Notes under the pieces: model-generated | What the model was told of the DNA's origin: nothing | Database searches by the model: none | The model's input: only the letters and a program-made list of their open reading frames with translations | Source: Chrysomallon squamiferum | Lineage: Eukaryota > Animalia > Mollusca | Assembly (NCBI GenBank): GCA_012295275.1 | Contig: CM022668.1 | Location: 12,276,001 to 12,340,000 of the forward strand | Length of the DNA: 64,000 nt | Reading direction: 5' to 3' | Position numbers and translations under genes: made by a program | In this document: one piece after another, positions 26,299 to 39,900 of the stretch | Position numbering within the stretch: the first letter of the stretch is position 1 | Layout: each line of letters opens with the position of its first letter

Positions 26299-26430
26299 GC
26301 TCGTGAACAGGTGAAAATCATGAAACAGCAGGTAATACACACTGAAGTAACAACACCTGTTGAAGTAGCTTTAGAAGTAGTAGAGGTACCACAAGAAACT
26401 ACAGTGGAAGCAGAATTTGTTCTTGAAGAG
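26299..26430 (+). CDS. Exon 12: end of IQ motif (AREQV) plus E/V/T-rich linker
   Basis: CCTTTAG acceptor, GAG|GTAAGA donor, phase 0-0; completes IQxxxRGxxxR. Confidence 0.88.
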
Positions 26431-29400
26431 GTAAGATTATATTAAGATTAAATTTTCCATTCATGACTTTTAACCTTGACTTTTTTATTTTTTTATTTAA
26501 AAAAAAAATTAAGTTGAAAGTGCAGTTTCTGAGCAACAGTAAAAGAAAAATTTTATATATGTGAAAATAAGATACATTATTATTTTAAAATTATTTTTTT
26601 TTTTTTATTATTATTTTTTTTTTTTTTGTTTTTTTTTAAAAATTATATTTGTTTTCATTTTGTTTTTTAATTATTATTTGTTACTTTTACTACATTATTT
26701 TATATATATTTTACATATTTCATTTTATCTTTATTATTTATTTTATTACATATATCTGAATTTAATTACTTTTTTTTATTCTGTATGATTATTAATACTT
26801 AATTTTTGTTTTAAAAAAGAACGACAGAAGGTCTCTCTTTTACAAAATTTAAGAAATGAAAATACAATAATTAAAATGAAAACTCATTAAAATTTCAATT
26901 TATAATTTTTAAAGATTGGACTTTGATAATATTTTATTATTTCAAAAGATTCAGTAATTCTTAAGTTTGGAAACTGCATTTTTATCCTGATTTCTTAAAT
27001 AAATTTGACCAAGATATAGATTTCCATATTTTAACCTTTTTAACAGATTTTACCAATGAAAACAGATTAATTTTCCAAATCAACCAATAATTTGTGTACT
27101 TTCCAGTAGTTTTGATTTGAAAACCAGTTTTACCTTTTTCATGTTGTTTTTTAAACTTTTTTTCCAAATTTAAAAATAAATATGTTTAAAATAATATTTT
27201 TAAAATAATTTTTAAATGTAATTGTATATTACTGTCATGTATATTTGTTGTTTATAATATGATTGCCATCCTGATGCTTATTATAGAATTTATTTTCAAA
27301 ATATTTTCTATTAAAAATTTTACTTTCACACAGTAATAAAAAATTATATTAGAAATATTTATCCTTTATTTAATTTTAAATAATAAAGTTTAAGAACATT
27401 TTTAAAATAATAATAATAATTTTTTTCAAAAATTAAATTTATCTTCATGGGATTTTGTTTTTTAATTTACAAATTAAAATTTCATTTAACAAAAAATAAA
27501 ATAGGTAATATTTTCTAAACATTAATCTTGTTAATTTTAAAAAGTCCTCAAATGGCAAACATGTTATTGTTAATTAGTTTTATTCCAGGTTTAAACATGA
27601 CACATCAGAAATAAAATAATAAATAAAATAAATTTTAATATTTATTATGGATGTTTCTGTACAAAGAAACTCAATATTTTATAAACCTGTTTATTAAAAA
27701 GCTTAAAAATGAATAATAATAATGAAAACATTTAATTTTTTTTAAATTTATTTTATTTTATTATTATTTGTGATGTGTCATGTTATATTACATTGTTGTT
27801 GTCTAACATGAATGTTGTGTTAACTTGTTATAGTTGCTGTGTATGTTGTGAAATAGCTGTGATACTTTTTACAAAATCTGATATAATACAGTGAGATATA
27901 CAATATGTAAAATATTACCTATGCTGTACAATATGCCAATGAAATATAAAAAGTATTTAAAAGAGGAACAATAAAAAAGTATTGTCTCTGTTCTATGTTA
28001 ATAATATAAACAAATATTACAAAAACATACAACATAAATTATTATCTTGATATTTTGAGATATTAATTTATGATTTTGTCCAAAATGTTTCTTTTTTTTC
28101 TTTTTTTAGATGTTAGGTGGTAAAGTTCTCTGCATTATTTACTGGCCCATTATATATAAAGTATTCCTCTCATTGCATATTTAATAAAAAGGATATACTC
28201 TATATAAAATTTACATCATTTATTTTACTTGTTATCTTAATGAAAATATATTACCAAGAATCTTAAGAGAACAGTATATATTAAAACAATTATTATGAAA
28301 TGATTACATTTATTGTTAAAATATGACACTTTTTTACCCTGTAATGTTTGGTCAAATTGTATAAAAGATGTTGGTTAAATATTCATTGCTTCAGAATGAT
28401 GTAAGAAAAATATTGATTATTCTATTCTACTGTTCTATATCAGATTTTATAACACTGTCATAGTTATTTTGATATTTGTGGCATTTATATAATCTTACTG
28501 TTTACTGAAACTTTTGTTGTTTATCATAGTGTGTTTTTGTAAATTTATTTATTCTATCACTCTCTTATTTGTTTTGTATATCTAACAAGCTGTATTTTAT
28601 TTTATGTTTCAAATCTATGTTTTCTTTGACATACATATTGCTTGTTACTCTTACTATTTTTTTGTTTGAGTTTATATTTTTTGATTTTAACTTTTATTTT
28701 TATACGTTATTCTTTCTTACTTCTTTATTTAAGTTTTGTTCTATTATAGATTTCATGATTTTTAGTTATCATTATATTTTGAGTTTATTAATTTTATATT
28801 ATTTTATTTATCTGTTGTTGGTTACTAAAAACTACTATTTTTGCATATAACTTTATTTAGTTAACATTATACAAGTTGAAAATCTTTAATGTAGCATCTT
28901 TCAGTCCAGTTTGACTTTAAAATTCCTCTAGTTTCTCTGAGAAAATTTTTATAATTGTATGTTTTACCTTTAGACCATTGCCAGCTTTTTTATGTAAGTT
29001 AATCTTTGTCAAAAATGAAAAAATATCCCTAAAACATAAAATAATAAGTTATAAATATTGCTTTTAAAAAATTGTTTCATATATCTATATTGTAATGTTA
29101 AATATAAAGATTTTACTACATTTTCAAATTTAACTTCTACAACATATTTAATAAACAAGACTTTTGAGGTATTGCACCATAATTCTTATTTTTTATTGGC
29201 TAACAATAAACAACCAATCAGAGATTAAAAAACATGGCACTGACTGCTAAATTAAAGAATTTCAACTTGTTTTATGTTTATGTTATACTTCTGTTGTGTT
29301 CTTAATGGTTTTTTGTTCAGTATATGATTTTTCTTAATTTGATTGTTTTACATTGTAACTTGTATTACATTTTAATACTTGCTAATTTTGTTCTGTCTTG

Positions 29401-30922
29401 TTACACATTGTTTCTACTTGTGAATGATTTTTATTTTTATAATTTGTGTTACTTTCTACTTACCTGTTTCTACTTGTGTTACTAAGCTATCTGCTACTAC
29501 TAGTGCTCTACATTTTTACAGATGTCCATAGGTTCTGGGATCATCAGGAAAAATAAATCATTCATTCATGCAAAAACCTACAGATGTTCAGATTATTAAA
29601 ATAAATTTTTCAGAGAAATGGTCTGTAGAATCAACTCTCCCAAGATTAATCTTTAAAAATATATTCCATTCAAACCAATATCTGAAAATATTTCACATTC
29701 CAATCACTACCTCACAGATTATTTAACAAAGATTGTGTTTTTATTTTACAACCAATGGGTGGGTTATATTAATAGTTATCTCCTGCTAATCAGTTAGAAT
29801 AGAATTTCTTTTATGTAATGATTATGCAGAAAAGCCATATAATAATATTTAATTTTTTTTTTTAAATTTGACAAAATGAGATAAATTCTTTTTAAATTGA
29901 AATTAATTTATTTAATTTTTATATCTCTTGAGTATCCTAGCTAGAGTTATCTGTCCAGTACAATAACAGATCCACTGATTGATAAATTCTGTATTATTAT
30001 ATTAATTATTTTTTCCTATGATTCTAGACAAAATGGACATCTTATATTTTATACATCTGTATTATTTACTTTTTTGTGTTCATTTCTACTTCATTTTATT
30101 TCTTGTTTCATTTATTTTTTGTTGTTATTTATTTGTTCTAGTTTATCTTGTTCTATTATTTATTTCGTTCTCTTTTGTTCCTTATTTGATTCTGTTATTT
30201 TGTTCTTTTCTAGTAACTTTATGTGATCTTTTTTATCTGTTTTCCATTGCTATTATTTATTTGTATATCTTGTTCTATTATTTGTTGTTCTCTATTCTGT
30301 TTTTGTTCTTCATATCTGTTGTTAATTTGTTCCTTATTTATCTTGTTCTTTTATTTATTGTTCTCTGTTATATTTCTGTTATTTCATAAATTCTGTTGTA
30401 CTAAAAGTGTGCTTAGCTGAAGTGGACTAAAGGTTTCGAAACTAATTCTGTTGTTGTGTATGCATTACTTTCATACTGCAAATTTGTTACTAAATGTTTT
30501 GTTTAGTTTTCATTTTTCTTGTTGGCAGTTTAAAAATAGTTTTTATTAACCTGTCCTAACTCCATGTTGGAAACTAAACTTTTCATTTCATGTTTTAAAA
30601 AAATAAAATGTTCTGTTTTAAAATGCATCATTTTCTTCTAGGCAACTCAAATCAAAACTTGTTGATTTAAATGCATTACTTTTTGTAGGCAGTTTAAAAC
30701 TAAATCTGTTGTTTCGTCTTTATTGGCATAATTATATTTTAACATACTGTTAGCTTCTGTCTTCTGCATCAGCTCTTTTCATCAGCTATCTTGCATCCAA
30801 GGTTTGCATGGCAGCTGTAGAATGTATAACGAAAATGGCTGGTTGTTCCGTTTAGCTATTTTTGCATGTGCAAAAAAACTCTGAACAGCTTTCTTTACAT
30901 CCTTGAATTTGCTACATTCAAG

Positions 30923-33900
30923 GAACAAACACTTCCAATCACCGAGGAGACAGAGACTGCGGTTTCTGTAGAGGAAATCACTGAGGAATTTCCAGAAGAA
31001 ATAAAAGTGGAGATTGTAACCAAAGAACAGGAGCTTCCAGAAATTGAAGAAGTTGAAACTCAAATACCAGAGGAAGAGGTGCCGGAGGAACTGAAGGAGG
31101 AAATTACCATCAAAGAACAAGAACTTCCTGAAACAGAGGAAGTCGAAATAACATTTGAAAAAATACCCGAAACAGCCACTGAGGAAATAAAGGAGGAAAT
31201 TACATTCAAAGAACAAGAACTTCCTGTAACAGAGGAAGTAGAAGCAGAGTTAACTGTGGAAGAAATTCCAGAATCAGTTACTGATCAAACAAAGGAGGAA
31301 ATTACTGTCACAGAAGAAGAACTTCCTGTCTCAGAGGAAGTTAAAACAGAAATACCTGAAACACCCATTGAAACACTAAAACAGGAAATTACAATAGAGG
31401 AACAGGAAGTTACATCAGAACAGGAAATGATAGTTGAAACTAAGATTGAAGAATCTGAAACATTGTCTCCAGCTGAAGTTACCGAAGTTGAGTACAGGGA
31501 CACAATTGAAGTCCACCGTGAACAAACTCTAATTGAGCAAGAACAGGAAAAAACTGACGAAGAAGTCTCAGAGATCACTCCTGAGGAGAAACCTGAAGTT
31601 CTTAAGGAGGAGATTGTTGTTGAAGAAAAAGAGGCAGATGTTACTGAAGCCATTGAGGCCAAAGTGACTGAGGAAGAAGGTGTAGAATCCGAGATTCAGG
31701 ATGTACCTGAAACTGTACCAGAAGAACTGGAGGTGACTGTTGCTGGCGATGAGGTGACTGCAGCTGTAGCTGAAGCTGTTGAAACGAAAGTGACACCAGA
31801 AGAAGAAGAATTTGAAACAGAAATCTCATCTGAAGAAGTTCCTGAAACAGTTTCAGAACAGATCAAAGAAGAGATTACTGAGGAACAGAAAGATATTGAA
31901 ACTGCCGAAGCTACTGCTGCTGAAGTTACTGAAGAGATTTTGCCAGAAGTAGAAACAACTGTTGAAGAAGTTTCTGAAGCTCCAGTAGAAAAAGTCCAGG
32001 AGGAGATCACAACAGAGGAAAAAGAAACTGTCGATATTGAAGTCATTCAAACTAAAGTTTCTGAACTAGAAACACCTGAAGCTGAGGCTGCATTAGAAGT
32101 TCCAGAAGCCTCCACTGAACAGCTAGTTGAGGAGATCACTGAAGAAGAAAAGGAAATGGTATCAACTGAAATTGTTGAAACTAAAGCTCCTCTTGAAGAA
32201 GGGGAGGAAGAACAGGTTTCTGTTGAGGAAATTCCTGAGACTGTCTCAGAGCAAATAAAGGAAGAGATCACAGAGGAACAGAGAGATGTAACTGTTACAG
32301 AAACTGTTGAAACTAAAGTGAGTCTTGAAGAAGAGGTGGAGAAACCACAAATCTCCACTGAGGAATTTCCTGAAACTGTTACTGAGTCCCTCAAAGAGGA
32401 AACTGCTCTTGAGGAAAAGGAAATAGCCATCATTGAACAGGTTGAAACTGAAGTAAGCCTTGAAGAAGTCACTGAAGAGGAAATCCAGGCTCCAGTTGAA
32501 GAGGTGCCTGAATCTGTAACTGAAGAAGCTGAAGAGGAGATTGTAACAGAAATCAAAGAGAAACCAGAAGAGGTTGAAGCAGAAGTATCCATTGAAGAAA
32601 AACCAGAAGAGGTTGAAGCAGAAGTATCCATTGAAGAAAAACCAGAAGAGGTTGAAGCAGAAATATCCATTGAAGAAAAACCAGAAGAGGTTGAGGCAGA
32701 AGTATCCATTGAAGAAAAACCAGAAGATGTTGAGGCAGAAGTGTCCATTGAGGAAAAAGCAGAAGAGATTGAAATGGAAATTTCTGTTCAAGAGAAACCT
32801 GCCCATGAACAAACTGAGGAGGAATTTATCATCACAGAACAAACTTCCCTGATTGAAGAGGCAGAAAAAGAAAAACCACAAGATGTTGATGCTGATATTT
32901 CTATAAAGGAGAAACCAGCAACTGAACAAATTGAGGAGGAATTTACAATCAAAGAAGAAACTGCCCTCATTGAAGAGGAAGAAAGAGAAAGACCACAAGA
33001 TGTTGATGCAGATATTTCTATAAAGGAGAAACCAGCAACTGAACAAATTGAGGAGGAATTTACAATCAAAGAAGAAACTGCCCTCATTGAAGAGGAAGAA
33101 AGAGAAAAACCACAAGATCTTGATGCAGATATTTCTATAAAGGAAAAACCTGCAACTGAACAAATTGAGGAACAATTTACAATCAAAGAACAAACTGCCC
33201 TCATAGAAGAGGAAGAAAGAGAAAAACCACAAGATGTTGATGCAGATATTTCTATAAAGGAGAAAGTTGCCTCTGAACAAATTGAGGAGGAATTTACAAT
33301 AAAAGAACAAACTGCCCTCATAGAAGAGGAAGAAAGAGAAAAACCACAAGACGTTGATGCAGATATTTCTCTCAAGGAAAAACCTGCCTCTGAACAAGTT
33401 GAGGAGGAAGTTACAATCACAGAAGAAACTGCCCTCATTGAAGAGGCAGAAAGAGAAAAACCACAAGATGTTGAGGCAGAAATTTCTCTTGAGGAAAAAC
33501 CAGAGAAAGAACAAGTTGAGGAGGAAGTTACAATCACAGAAGAAACTGCCCTCATTGAAGAGGAAGAAAGAGAAAAACCACAAGATGTTGAGGCAGAAAT
33601 TTCTCTTGAGGAAAAACCAGAGAAAGAACAAGTTGAAGATGAAGTTACAATCACAGAAGAAACTGCCCTCATTGAAGAGGCAGAAAGAGAAAAACCACAA
33701 GATGTTGAGGCAGAGATTTCTCTGGAGGAGAAACCTGTAACTGAACAAGTTGAGGAGGAAGTTACAATCACAGAAGAAACTGCCCTCATTGAAGAGGAAG
33801 AAAGAGAAAAACCACAAGATGTTGAGGCAGAAATTTCTCTTGAGGAAAAACCAGAGAAAGAACAAGTTGAGGAGGAAATTACAATCACAGAAGAAACTGC

Positions 33901-36900
33901 CCTCATTGAAGAGGAAGAAAGAGAAAAACCACAAGATGTTGAGGCAGAAATTTCTCTTGAAGAAAAACCAGAGAAAGAACAAGTTGAGGAGGAAGTTACA
34001 ATCACAGAAGAAACTGCCCTTGTTGAAGAGGCAGAAAGAGAAAAACCACAAGATGTTGAGGCAGAAATTTCTCTTGAGGAAAAACCTGTAACTGAACAAG
34101 TTGAGGAGGAAGTTACAATCACAGAAGAAACTGCCCTCATTGAAGAGGAAGAAAGAGAAAAACCAGAAGACGTTGAGGCAGAAGTTTCTCTGGAGGAGAA
34201 ACCTTGAGGAGGAAGTTACAACTCATTGAAAGAAAGAGAAAAACCCACAAGATGTTGAGGAGGAAACCTGTTACAAACAAGTTGAAGAAACTGCACTGCA
34301 TCATCGAAGATGCAGAAAGAGAAAAACCACAAGATGTTGAGGCAGAAATTTCTCTTGAGGAAAAACCAGAGAAAGAACAAGTTGAGGAGGAAGTTACAAT
34401 CACAGAAGAAACTGCACTCATTGAAGAGGCAGAAACAGAAAAAACACAAGATGTTGAGGCAGAGATTTCTCTTGAGGAAAAAAACAGAGAAAAGAACAAG
34501 TTGAGGAGGAAGTTACAATCACAGAAGAAACTGCCCTCATTGAAGAGGAAGAAAGAGAAAAACCACAAGATGTTGAGGCAGAAATTTCTCTTGAGGAAAA
34601 ACCAGAGAAAGAACAAGTTGAAGAGGAAGTTACAATCACAGAAGAAACTGCCCTCGTTGAAGAGGCAGAAAGAGAAAAACCACAAGACGTTGAGGCAGAA
34701 ATTTCTCTTGAGGAAAAACCAGAGAAAGAACAAGTTGAGGAGGAAGTTACAATCACAGAAGAAACTGCCCTCATTGAAGAGGCAGAAAGAGAAAAACCAC
34801 AAGATGTTGAGGCAGAAATTTCTCTTGAGGAAAAACCAGAGAAAGAACAAGTTGAGGAGGAAGTTACAATCACAGAAGAAACTGCCCTCATTGAAGAGGA
34901 AGAAAGAGAAAAACCACAAGATGTTGAGGCAGAAATTTCTCTTGAGGAAAAACCAGAGATAGAACAAGTTGAGGAGGAAGTTACAATCACAGAAGAAACT
35001 GCACTCATTGAAGAGGCAGAAAGAGAAAAACCGCAAGATGTTGAGGCAGAGATTTCTCTTGAGGAGAAACCAGAAGAAGTTGAGGCAGAGGTTTCTCTTG
35101 AAGAAGAGAAAATATCTGAAGAAGTGAAAGAGGAGATTACTATTGAGGCAGCCAAGGAGGAGCATGAAGGTGTTACTGAAGAAGTCGAAGCTGAAGAATT
35201 ACCCAGTGTTGTCTCTGAAGACACAACTAAGGAATACACAGCTGACGAGCAAAAGTATGCTGTATCAGAAGAAGTTATCACAGAAATTACTTCTGAGATA
35301 AAAACTGAGACCACTGAGGAAGAAACTCCAATCGAACAGAAAGAAGCTTTAGTAACATCTGCTGTTGAGGCTGAAGTTGCTGAGGAAGAATCAGCAGAAG
35401 CTGATGTTGTCATTGAGGAAGTCCCTGAGGTGATCTCTGAGCAGGTAAAAGAGAAAGTTACTGAGGAAGAAAAAGAAATAGCTTCTACTGAACAGATTGA
35501 GAGCAAGGTTTTACTGGAGGAAACACCAGAACTTGATGCTTCTTCTGAAATAATGCCTGAAACAGTTACTGAAGAAGTCAAAGCAGATTTTGTTCCTGAG
35601 GAGAAAGAAGTACCCCTCACTGAGGAAGTTCAAACTGAAATTTCTTTAGAGGAAAAACCAGAAACACTTACAGAAGAGATTGCTGAAGAAAAAGAAGCAG
35701 CAGCAGTTGTTGAGGCTGTACAAACTAAAGTTTCTGAACAGGAAGCTGTAGAAGCAGACGTTTCCCTCGAGGAGGTTCCTGAAGCAATCTCTGAGCAAGT
35801 AGCAGAAGACATTACTCAGGAAGAAAAGGAAATGGCTGTTAGTGAAATTATTGAATCCAAAGTTGATTTGGAAGAAGAAGAAAAGATAATATCTGTGGAG
35901 GAAATACCTGAAACTGTTTCTGAACAAATGACAGAAGAAATTGCTGAACAAGTGGAAGAGAAAGTTGTAACAGAAACCACTGAGACTAAGGCAGATCTGG
36001 AAGAAGGGGAAGAACAAGTCTCTGTTGAAGAAATTCCTGAAACTGTTTCAGAACAAATAAGCGAGGAAATTACAGAGAAAGAAGTGGACAAAGCTATATC
36101 AGAAACTGTTGAAACTAAAGCTGCAGTGGGAGAAGAGGAGGAAGAGGAAGAGGTTTCAGTTGAGGAAATTCCTGAGACTGTTTCAGAACAAATAAAGGAA
36201 GAGATTACAGAGGAACAGAAAGATGTAACTGTTACAGAGACTGTTGAAACTAAAGTGAGTCTTGAAGAAGAGGAGAAAACAGAAATCACCACTGAAGAAT
36301 TTCCTGAAACTGTTACTGAGTCTCTGAAAGAGGAAACTGCTCTAGAGGAAAAAGAAACAGCTGTTGTTGAACAGGTGGAAATGAAAGTTAGTTCAGGATG
36401 TAGCAGAAAAACTGAAGTAGCAGCTGAAGAAGTACCGGAAACAGTTCGTGAGGAAGCTAAAGCAGAAATAACAGTAGAGGAGAAGGAATTGCCAATTTCA
36501 GAAGAGACGGGTGTTGATATTTCCATTGAAGAAGCTCCTGAAACAGTTGAAGAAGAGATTACAATTGAGGAAGAAGAAAAGGAAATAGCTGTAGTGGAGG
36601 AAGTTGATGCTGGACTTACAGTTGAGGAAACACCAGAAATAGAAACTGTTGAAGCTGAGGTATTGATAGAGGAAAAACCAGAAGCTGAAGAACATGTAAT
36701 TGAGGAAGCCATTATTAAAGAAGCTCCTGAAGATGTTGAAGCTGATGTAACAGTTGTGGAGACCCCTGAAACAGAAAAGGAAATTACCACAGAAGAAGAA
36801 CTTCCTGTTCCTAAAGATGTAGAGGCAGAAATTTCTCTTGAGGAAAAACCAGAGAAAGAACAAATTGAGGAGCAAGTTACAATCACAGAAGAAACTGCCC

Positions 36901-39900
36901 TCATTGAAGAGGCAGAAAGAGAAAAACCACAAGATGTTGAGGCAGAGATTTCTCTGGAGGAGAAACCTGTAACTGAACAAGTTGAGGAGGAAGTTACGAT
37001 CTCAGAAGAGACTGCCCTGATTGAAGAGGCAGAAAGAGAAAAACCACAAGATGTTGATGCAGATATTTCTATAAAGGAAAAACCTGCAACTGAACAAATT
37101 GAGGAGGAATTTAGAATAAAAGAACAAACTGCCCTCATAGAAGAGGAAGAAAGAGAAAAACCACAAGATGTTGATGCAGATATTTCTATAAAGGAAAAAC
37201 CTGCAACTGAACAAATTGAGGAGGAATTTACAATAAAAGAACAAACTGCCCTCATAGAAGAGGAAGAAAGAGAAAAACCACAAGATGTTGATGCAGATAT
37301 TTCTATAAAGGAGAAACTTGCCTCTGAACAAATTGAGGAGGAATTTACAATCAAAGAACAAACTGCCCTCATAGAAGAGGAAGAAAGAGAAAAACCACAA
37401 GACATCGATGCAGATATTTCTCTCAAGGAAACACCTGCCTCTGAACAAGTTGAGGAGGAAATTACAATCACAGAAGAAACTGCCCTCATTGAAGAGGCAG
37501 AAAGAGAAAAACCACAAGATGTTGAGGCAGAAATTTCTCTTGAGGAAAAACCAGAGAAAGAACAAGTTGAGGAGGAAGTTACAATCACAGAAGAAACTGC
37601 CCTCATTGAAGAAGAAGAAAGAGAAAAACCACAAGATGTTGAGGCAGAAGTTTCTCTGGAGGAGAAACCTGTAACTGAACAAGTTGAGGAGGAAGTTACA
37701 ATCACAGAAGAAACTGCTCTCATTGAAGAGGAAGAAAGAGAAAAACCACAAGATATTGAGGCAGAGATTTCTCTTGAGGAAAAACCTGTAACTGAACAAG
37801 TTGAAGAGGAAGTTACAATCACAGAAGAAACTGCACTCATTGAAGAGGCAGAAAAAGAAAAACCAGAAGATGTTGAGGCAGAAATTTCTCTGGAGGAGAA
37901 ACCTGTAACTGAACAAGTTGAAGAGGAAGTTACAATCACAGAAGAAACTGCACTCATTGAAGAGGCAGAAAGAGAAAAACCACAAGATGTTGAGGCAGAA
38001 ATTTCTCTTGAGGAAAAACCAGAGAAAGAACAAGTTGAGGAGGAAGTTACAATCACAGAAGAAACTGCCCTCATTGAAGAGGAAGAAAGAGAAAAACCAC
38101 AAGATGTTGAGGCAGAAATTTCTCTGGAAGAAAACCAAACCTGTAAAGAACAAGTTGAGGAGGAAGTTACAATCACAGAAGAAACTGCCCTCATTGAAGA
38201 GGCAGAAAGAGAAAAACCACAAGATGTTGAGGCAGAGATTTCTCTTGAGGAAAAACCAGAAAAAGAACAAGTTGAGGAGGAAGTTACAATCACAGAAGAA
38301 ACTGCACTCATTGAAGAGGCAGAAAAAGAAAAACCAGAAGATGTTGAGGCAGAAATTTCTCTGGAGGAGAAACCTGTAACTGAACAAGTTGAGGAGGAAG
38401 TTACAATCACAGAAGAAACTGCCCTCATTGAAGAGGCAGAAAGAGAAAAACCACAAGATGTTGAGGCAGAAATTTCTCTTGAGGAAAAACCAGAGAAAGA
38501 ACAAGTTGAGGAGGAAGTTACAATCACAGAAGAAACTGCACTCATTGAAGAGGCAGAAAAAGAAAAACCAGAAGATGTTGAGGCAGAAATTTCTCTTGAG
38601 GAGAAACCTGTAACTGAACAAGTTGAAGAGGAAGTTACAATCACAGAAGAAACTGCCCTCATTGAAGAGGAAGAAAGAGAAAAACCACAAGATGTTGAGG
38701 CAGAAATTTCTCTTGAGGAAAAACCAGAGAAAGAACAAGTTGAGGAGGAAGTTACAATCACAGAAGAAACTGCCCTCATTGAAGAGGCAGAAAGAGAAAA
38801 ACCACAAGATGTTGAGGCAGAAATTTCTCTTGAGGAAAAACCAGAGAAAGAACAAGTTGAGGAGGAAGTTACAATCACAGAAGAAACTGCACTCATTGAA
38901 GAGGCAGAAAGAGAAAAACCAGAAGATGTTGAGGCAGAAATTTCTCTGGAGGAGAAACCTGTAACTGAACAAGTTGAGGAGGAAGTTACAATCACAGAAG
39001 AAACTGCCCTCATTGAAGAGGCAGAAAGAGAAAAACCACAAGATGTTGAGGCAGAAATTTCTCTTGAGGAAAAACCAGAGAAAGAACAAGTTGAGGAGGA
39101 AGTTACAATCACAGAAGAAACTGCACTCATTGAAGAGGCAGAAAGAGAAAAACCAGAAGATGTTGAGGCAGAAATTTCTCTTGAGGAAAAACCAGAGAAA
39201 GAACAAGTTGAGGAGGAAGTTACAATCACAGAAGAAACTGCACTCATTGAAGAGGCAGAAAAAGAAAAACCAGAAGATGTTGAGGCAGAAATTTCTCTTG
39301 AGGAGAAACCTGTAACTGAACAAGAACAAGTTGAAGAGGAAGTTACAATCACAGAAGAAACTGCCCTCATTGAAGAGGAAGAAAGAGAAAAACCACAAGA
39401 TGTTGAGGCAGAAATTTCTCTTGAGGAAAAACCAGAGAAAGAACAAGTTGAGGAGGAAGTTACAATCACAGAAGAAACTGCCCTCATTGAAGAGGCAGAA
39501 AGAGAAAAACCACAAGATGTTGAGGCAGAAATTTCTCTTGAGGAAAAACCAGAGAAAGAACAAGTTGAGGAGGAAGTTACAATCACAGAAGAAACTGCCC
39601 TCATTGAAGAGGCAGAAAGAGAAAAACCAGAAGACGTTGAGGCAGAAATTTCTCTGGAGGAAAAACCTGTAACTGAACAAGTTGAGGAGGAAGTTACAAT
39701 CACAGAAGAAACTGCCCTCATTGAAGAGGAAGAAAGAGAAAAACCACAAGATGTTGAGGCAGAAATTTCTCTTGAGGAAAAACCAGAGAAAGAACAAGTT
39801 GAGGAGGAAGTTACAATCACAGAAGAAACTGCCCTCATTGAAGAGGCAGAAAGAGAAAAACCACAAGATGTTGAGGCAGAAATTTCTCTTGAGGAAAAAC

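Noticed and set aside
29522-29600. Possible exon after TTTTTACAG in the intron before giant exon 13
   Set aside because: The phase-0 and phase-1 readings hit stops quickly, there is no good donor, and the peptide is unlike the rest of the protein
12802-30420. Small hydrophobic intronic ORFs (poly-Ile, poly-Tyr, Phe/Leu-rich)
   Set aside because: Translations of (ATT)n and T-rich intron sequence
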